The position numbers and the translations under genes are program-made. DNA of 32,000 nt from Patescibacteria group bacterium (GTDB lineage Bacteria > Patescibacteriota > UBA1384 > XYA2-FULL-43-10): NCBI GenBank assembly GCA_041674405.1, contig JBAYVT010000003.1:60001-92000 (forward strand), given 5' to 3'. This document shows positions 30,909-32,000 of the stretch, one piece after another (position 1 is the stretch's first letter; the number at the start of each line of letters is the position of its first letter). Below the pieces are notes generated by a model. That model saw only the letters and a list, made by a program, of their open reading frames with translations. It made no database searches and was not told the origin of the DNA.

Positions 30909-31514
30909 TTAGAAATACCAAAAAATCCGCTGTACGCCAGAGCGCAAAAGCTCTTTGAAAATTTCCGGATTCATCATATTGACCATAACGAGAGCGACTA
31001 TAATAATTATCACCGAAAGCCACTTGGTGTAGGGCCCGGCTGTACGAAACAAAAGAATTAGTGATAAAACAGCCATCAATGTCGGTCCTAAGATCTTGAT
31101 GTCGCCGAGGGGGACGTACTGGCCTCCGGCATAGATGGAATCCAAATTGAGATATTGTCCGAGATCATAGCTTACGCCGAAAGCAATAAAAATTATTTCC
31201 AGGACGATTACGACTGCCAGCGCCCACGAAGCGAATGTTGTTGACTCTCCCTTGGTTCGGTAAATTTCATATCCGACGACTGGCAACATGAAAAGCGACA
31301 GAATGAGCACGCTGTGAGTGGCAATCCCGACCAGCAATCCGATTATTGCCCAGACCGTGAGAATGCTACAAATCATCGCGGGAGAAATTTTATCTTTGGT
31401 TTTCTTTTTCTCTGTATCGGGTGGGCTTGCCTGGAAGTCTGCACTCTTTTGATATTCAATCTCCGTACCCTCCTTGGCAACGGGTGCCGGCCCGTCTGAT
31501 CCGCCTCCTATCAT
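30909..31514 (-). CDS. hypothetical multi-pass membrane protein
   Basis: 201 aa with 4-5 hydrophobic helices. AGGAGG SD is present. A 9-nt gap separates it from the upstream gene. Confidence 0.6.
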   Translation of the reverse strand: MIGGGSDGPAPVAKEGTEIEYQKSADFQASPPDTEKKKTKDKISPAMICSILTVWAIIGLLVGIATHSVLILSLFMLPVVGYEIYRTKGESTTFASWALAVVIVLEIIFIAFGVSYDLGQYLNLDSIYAGGQYVPLGDIKILGPTLMAVLSLILLFRTAGPYTKWLSVIIIIVALVMVNMMNPEIFKELLRSGVQRIFWYF

Positions 31515-31523
31515 TGGTCCTCC

Positions 31524-31988
31524 TTAATTTAACTTAGAAAAAAGCTTCTCGAATATTTTCTCAACTTCATCTTTGTTCAAAAATCCCTCGGCTCCTATCG
31601 TACTTGTTTTCGGGCTGACCTCCGTCCGGTGATATGTAGCACCTTCAACTCGTTCGCTGATTTTTTTCGAATCAAACTGGCTTACCGATTCGCAAGGAGT
31701 GGCGCCATCCGGTAATGATTCGTAGCTATAGAGCAAAGAGCCGGTAATCAAATAATTCTTCACTCGAACTGCAATACAAAAACGTTTTTTCTCGTCTTGG
31801 ATCAAGAATACTGCTGGTCGGCCGAGCACCGTTCCTTGCTCATTCTGAAGCCCCGATTTTTCTCTTTCCGCCTTTATTTTCGGGGCCGAGCTCTTCATCA
31901 GGGATTGCATCTTGTCCATTTGAGCTTTTTGCGTCGGAGTCATTTGAGCTTGAACTACTTTGCTATTCAAAACTTTTTCGAGATCCAT
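31524..31988 (-). CDS. hypothetical protein (first gene of the envelope block; 5' end may extend beyond the window)
   Basis: 154-aa ORF. The frame remains open upstream of the listed ATG to the window edge. I recognise no family. Confidence 0.45.
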   Translation of the reverse strand: MDLEKVLNSKVVQAQMTPTQKAQMDKMQSLMKSSAPKIKAEREKSGLQNEQGTVLGRPAVFLIQDEKKRFCIAVRVKNYLITGSLLYSYESLPDGATPCESVSQFDSKKISERVEGATYHRTEVSPKTSTIGAEGFLNKDEVEKIFEKLFSKLN

Positions 31989-32000
31989 ACCGGCCGGTGC

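Noticed and set aside
1-32000. Alternative genetic code (UGA recoding, as in some candidate phyla).
   Set aside because: TGA clearly terminates well-supported genes (1476-1478, and 16908-16910 in ATGA coupling). All conserved proteins are full length under the standard code.

Overview
This is a low-GC bacterial chromosome segment that uses the standard genetic code (TGA acts as a stop, for example at 1476-1478 and 16908-16910). Hand counts of single 60-nt lines give about 20-30% GC in native spacers. The gene content and style resemble a small-genome Patescibacteria/CPR-like organism, which is an inference from content only.

Recognisable genes:
- a membrane-anchored Clp-like AAA+ ATPase (partial), a ferredoxin and a Cys-less CsoR/RcnR-family regulator
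- the class III ribonucleotide reductase pair nrdD and nrdG
- a sortase, a HEXXH metallopeptidase with Ig-like repeats, and an MGMT/Ogt-type methyltransferase
- two histidine kinase/OmpR-type regulator pairs and a PucR/CdaR-type regulator
- a heterodimeric ABC exporter with one degenerate ATP site
- a PHP-domain protein, an M23 peptidase and a double CDGSH iron-sulfur protein
- a DapL-like aminotransferase
- a small GIY-YIG protein overlapping tRNA-Asn(GTT)
- a five-gene block of hypothetical envelope proteins

I found no rRNA, CRISPR array, transposase, integrase or recognisable defence system.

Observations that ordinary annotation does not explain:
1. A family of roughly 75-95 nt structured repeats occurs at four places. 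Two copies sit in exact register with the start codons of nrdG and an unrelated response regulator. Three copies are stacked in one divergent spacer.
2. The tRNA-Asn locus has the GIY-YIG ORF stop codon inside the tRNA. The ORF is bracketed by an 11-bp direct repeat of the tRNA 5' end, preceded by tandem hairpin units and a compact cloverleaf-like fold, and followed by a duplicated tRNA 3' end.
3. Three sharply bounded single-gene islands of about 58-65% GC, all on the minus strand, each carry their own intrinsic terminator.
4. A (CAATTTC)x4 plus A8 repeat lies inside nrdG.
5. An unannotated 44-codon ORF has the best promoter, SD and terminator signals in the window.

All functional interpretations of these observations are hypotheses that need database searches or experiments.
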